This document shows, in pieces, positions 61,723-64,000 of a DNA stretch of 64,000 nt (position 1 is its first letter; every line of letters starts with the position of its first letter). Made by a program: the position numbers and the translations under genes. Below the pieces are notes generated by a model. The model saw only the letters and a program-made list of their open reading frames with translations. It did no database searches and had not been told where the DNA came from. Location: NCBI RefSeq assembly GCF_902459465.1, contig NC_047070.1:19468001-19532000 (forward strand), in the 5' to 3' direction. Source of the DNA: Asterias rubens. Its lineage: Eukaryota.

Positions 61723-62672
61723 ACAATTTAAGAAGAAAAAACAAAGGCTAAAAAGAACTAAACTAAGTAATTAATCATTAACAAACCTAAGAAATTTAAA
61801 AAAAAAAGCAATACAATTATAAAAACACACTAAAAAGAAGATGGAAACGAGAGTATCACTCGTTCTCTCAATCCAAGGACCTCTCGATAGTGTTTCAATA
61901 TTACTGTTTAGTTCTTTGCAATACTGGTTTATGTTTTCTCCAGTCTCGTAAATCAATAGCAAGTTGTTACACTCCCACCGCAGTCATGGTAGTCTTATGT
62001 GTTTAGTGTAAATAATTGTTATTCGGACTGTTATAAATCGAGTGAGTTACGTCGTCACATTATTAAGGAAACCAGAGCATTCCCATTATCAGAAATCTTC
62101 AATGAAGAATTAACGAATGAAGTGCAGAAATATAAAAGTTTCCAAGTTGCAATCTGAAAAGTTAATACTTTTCATTGTTACAATATTGGGTTACCCTGGC
62201 TAAGAGGCATGTGCACTTTAAAATGATCATGAATTGCTCTAGTCATATCCATATTTGGGTGTACAATAGTGATTGTGCCGACCAGTGTTTAGTAAGCATT
62301 TGAAACATCCACTCACCACCTCTATATGTATTTACTGAGCTGTCACTTCTGAGGTAGTAGATTGATGACATTTTTACTTCCTGAAAAAGTTCCATTGCTA
62401 GGCGATTGTAATACTAATGTTAATAGAAACGAAAGACTAATGGAGGATTTCAAAGTACAATATTATGCAAACATTTTGTGTTTTTCTTATAATTGTTAGT
62501 AGCGGGGCATTGTGGTTCCTCTGTAGCTAAGGAAAGTAAGTAGGTACGCGTGACAATTCTCTGGTTATGGAGTGGGTTCAATGCCATTTTGTCATTAAAT
62601 ATTAGTTACTATTTAATACCGAGGTACAGATAGGTGAGAGCATTATTGTTAAATATTACCACTAAGCGTGTA

Positions 62673-63421
62673 TTAAAGAGAAGGTACACGTTTGGTAATT
62701 GTCATAGACCAGTCTTCTCACTTGGTGTATCTCAACATAAGCATAAAACAACAAGCCTGTGAAAATTTGAGCTAAATTGGTCATCAAAGTTGCGAGAAAA
62801 AAACACCCTTGTTGGACGAATTTGTGTACTTTCAGATAGGAATAAAAGACTTCTGGCTAGAAGTCTTTTATTATTTTAGTGAGAAATTACCTCTTTCCTA
62901 AAATCTATGCTACTTCAGAGGGAGCCGTTTCTCACAATTTTTTTATACTATCAACAGCTCTACAATGATCGTTACCAAGTCAGTTTTTTAAGTTAATATT
63001 TGTTTTGAGTAATTACCAAACGTGTACCTTCCCTTTAAAGCCAGTGGTCACTATTGGTAATTACTCAAAATAATTATAAGCACAAAACCTTACTTTGTAG
63101 CGAGTAATGGGGAGCTGTTGATAGTATAAAACTTTCTGAATAATGTCTCCCTCTGAAGTGACGTAGTTTTCGTGAAAGAAGTACTTTTAATCGAATTTGA
63201 TTTCGAGACCTCATATTTTTTATTTAGAATTTAAAGTCTCGAAATCAAGAAATCTGAAAGCGCACACCGCGGTGACAAGGGTTTCTTTCATTGTTATCTC
63301 CCAACTTTGATGACCGATTGAGCTCAAATTTTCACAGGTTTGTTATTTTATGCATTTTGTTGAGATACAGCAAGTGAGAAGACTGGTCTTTGACAATTAC
63401 CAATAGTGTCCAATGCTTTAA
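62673..63421. mobile_element. Two abutting MITEs (B reverse 62673-63038, A forward 63035-63421) sharing one TTAA
   Basis: Junction GTGTACCTTCCCT-TTAA-AGCCAGTGGTCAC. Confidence 0.88.
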
Positions 63422-64000
63422 GCAAGTGTATCAACTTTTGTGTAGCCTTATGTATAATAGTAACGTAGATTAATTCAATAGATATGCCTAGACGATAAAG
63501 CGCCTTTAGCGTCTCTGAGTGGCAGATACGCGCGCCATATAAGAAACCACTGTTATTTTAGATTTTTGGCCGATTTGACCCAACATTTTTGATTTAAAAT
63601 TCAATAGGTATTTTGATGGGGGTCGAGAAAGTTACAAGCTTTCATTTGAGCCATTGCTCGAAAAGTCCGCCAATTATTAGTAGCAGTGAAATAAAAAGCT
63701 CAAAATTAGTTTTTGTCGGGATCCCGACAATATATCACGTGACCAATTCGTATGTGTTTTATAAGAAACGTTTTAAATTTTTGTCATGGTTCCTGATGAC
63801 CATTTAAAGTAAAAGTTAAACTTTTTTGTTAGAGCGGGTGATACTCTTTGAAATATCATTCACCCCAAAAGTGGGGCAAAAAATCTGACATAGCATATTT
63901 TTAAAATGTAACTTTGTAATGAATATGTGGTTATGATACTTCATCATCTGATCCGATGAAAGCCTTTATAATCCGTCCAGCTTAACATTATTGTACATAC

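Overview
AT-rich animal genomic DNA with GT-AG introns. The repeat landscape and gene content look like a marine invertebrate deuterostome, most like a sea star (inference from remembered repeat families, not a database result). I reconstructed four protein-coding genes by hand from ORFs plus splice-phase checks. (1) Minus strand: a 7-exon nicotinic acetylcholine receptor-like subunit, 25433->5179, about 515 aa, with an alpha7-like M2 and no loop-C vicinal cysteines. (2) Plus strand: a 6-coding-exon ortholog of the five-zinc-finger transcription factor glass, 29446->37741, about 514 aa, head-to-head with the nAChR gene about 4 kb away. (3) Minus strand: a secreted, very acidic protein with a Thr/Ser-rich stalk, an unnamed Cys-containing domain and EGF modules, 50420->42063, about 372 aa. 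(4) Plus strand: an intronless 321-aa ORF of unknown function, 59263-60228, with a duplicated 20-aa HNNYW motif and upstream RFX X-boxes. Non-coding DNA is packed with small mobile elements. About 20 copies of one TTAA-flanked Kolobok/T2-like MITE family cover roughly 10% of the window, alongside three other TTAA families (one keeps the start of a THAP domain), Harbinger-like palindromic MITEs, tRNA-derived SINE pieces and L2 tails. Several Penelope-like terminal fragments carry minimal type-I hammerhead ribozyme motifs with covarying helices; one copy has an intact core. No CRISPR array, rRNA, intact tRNA or autonomous transposon was seen.
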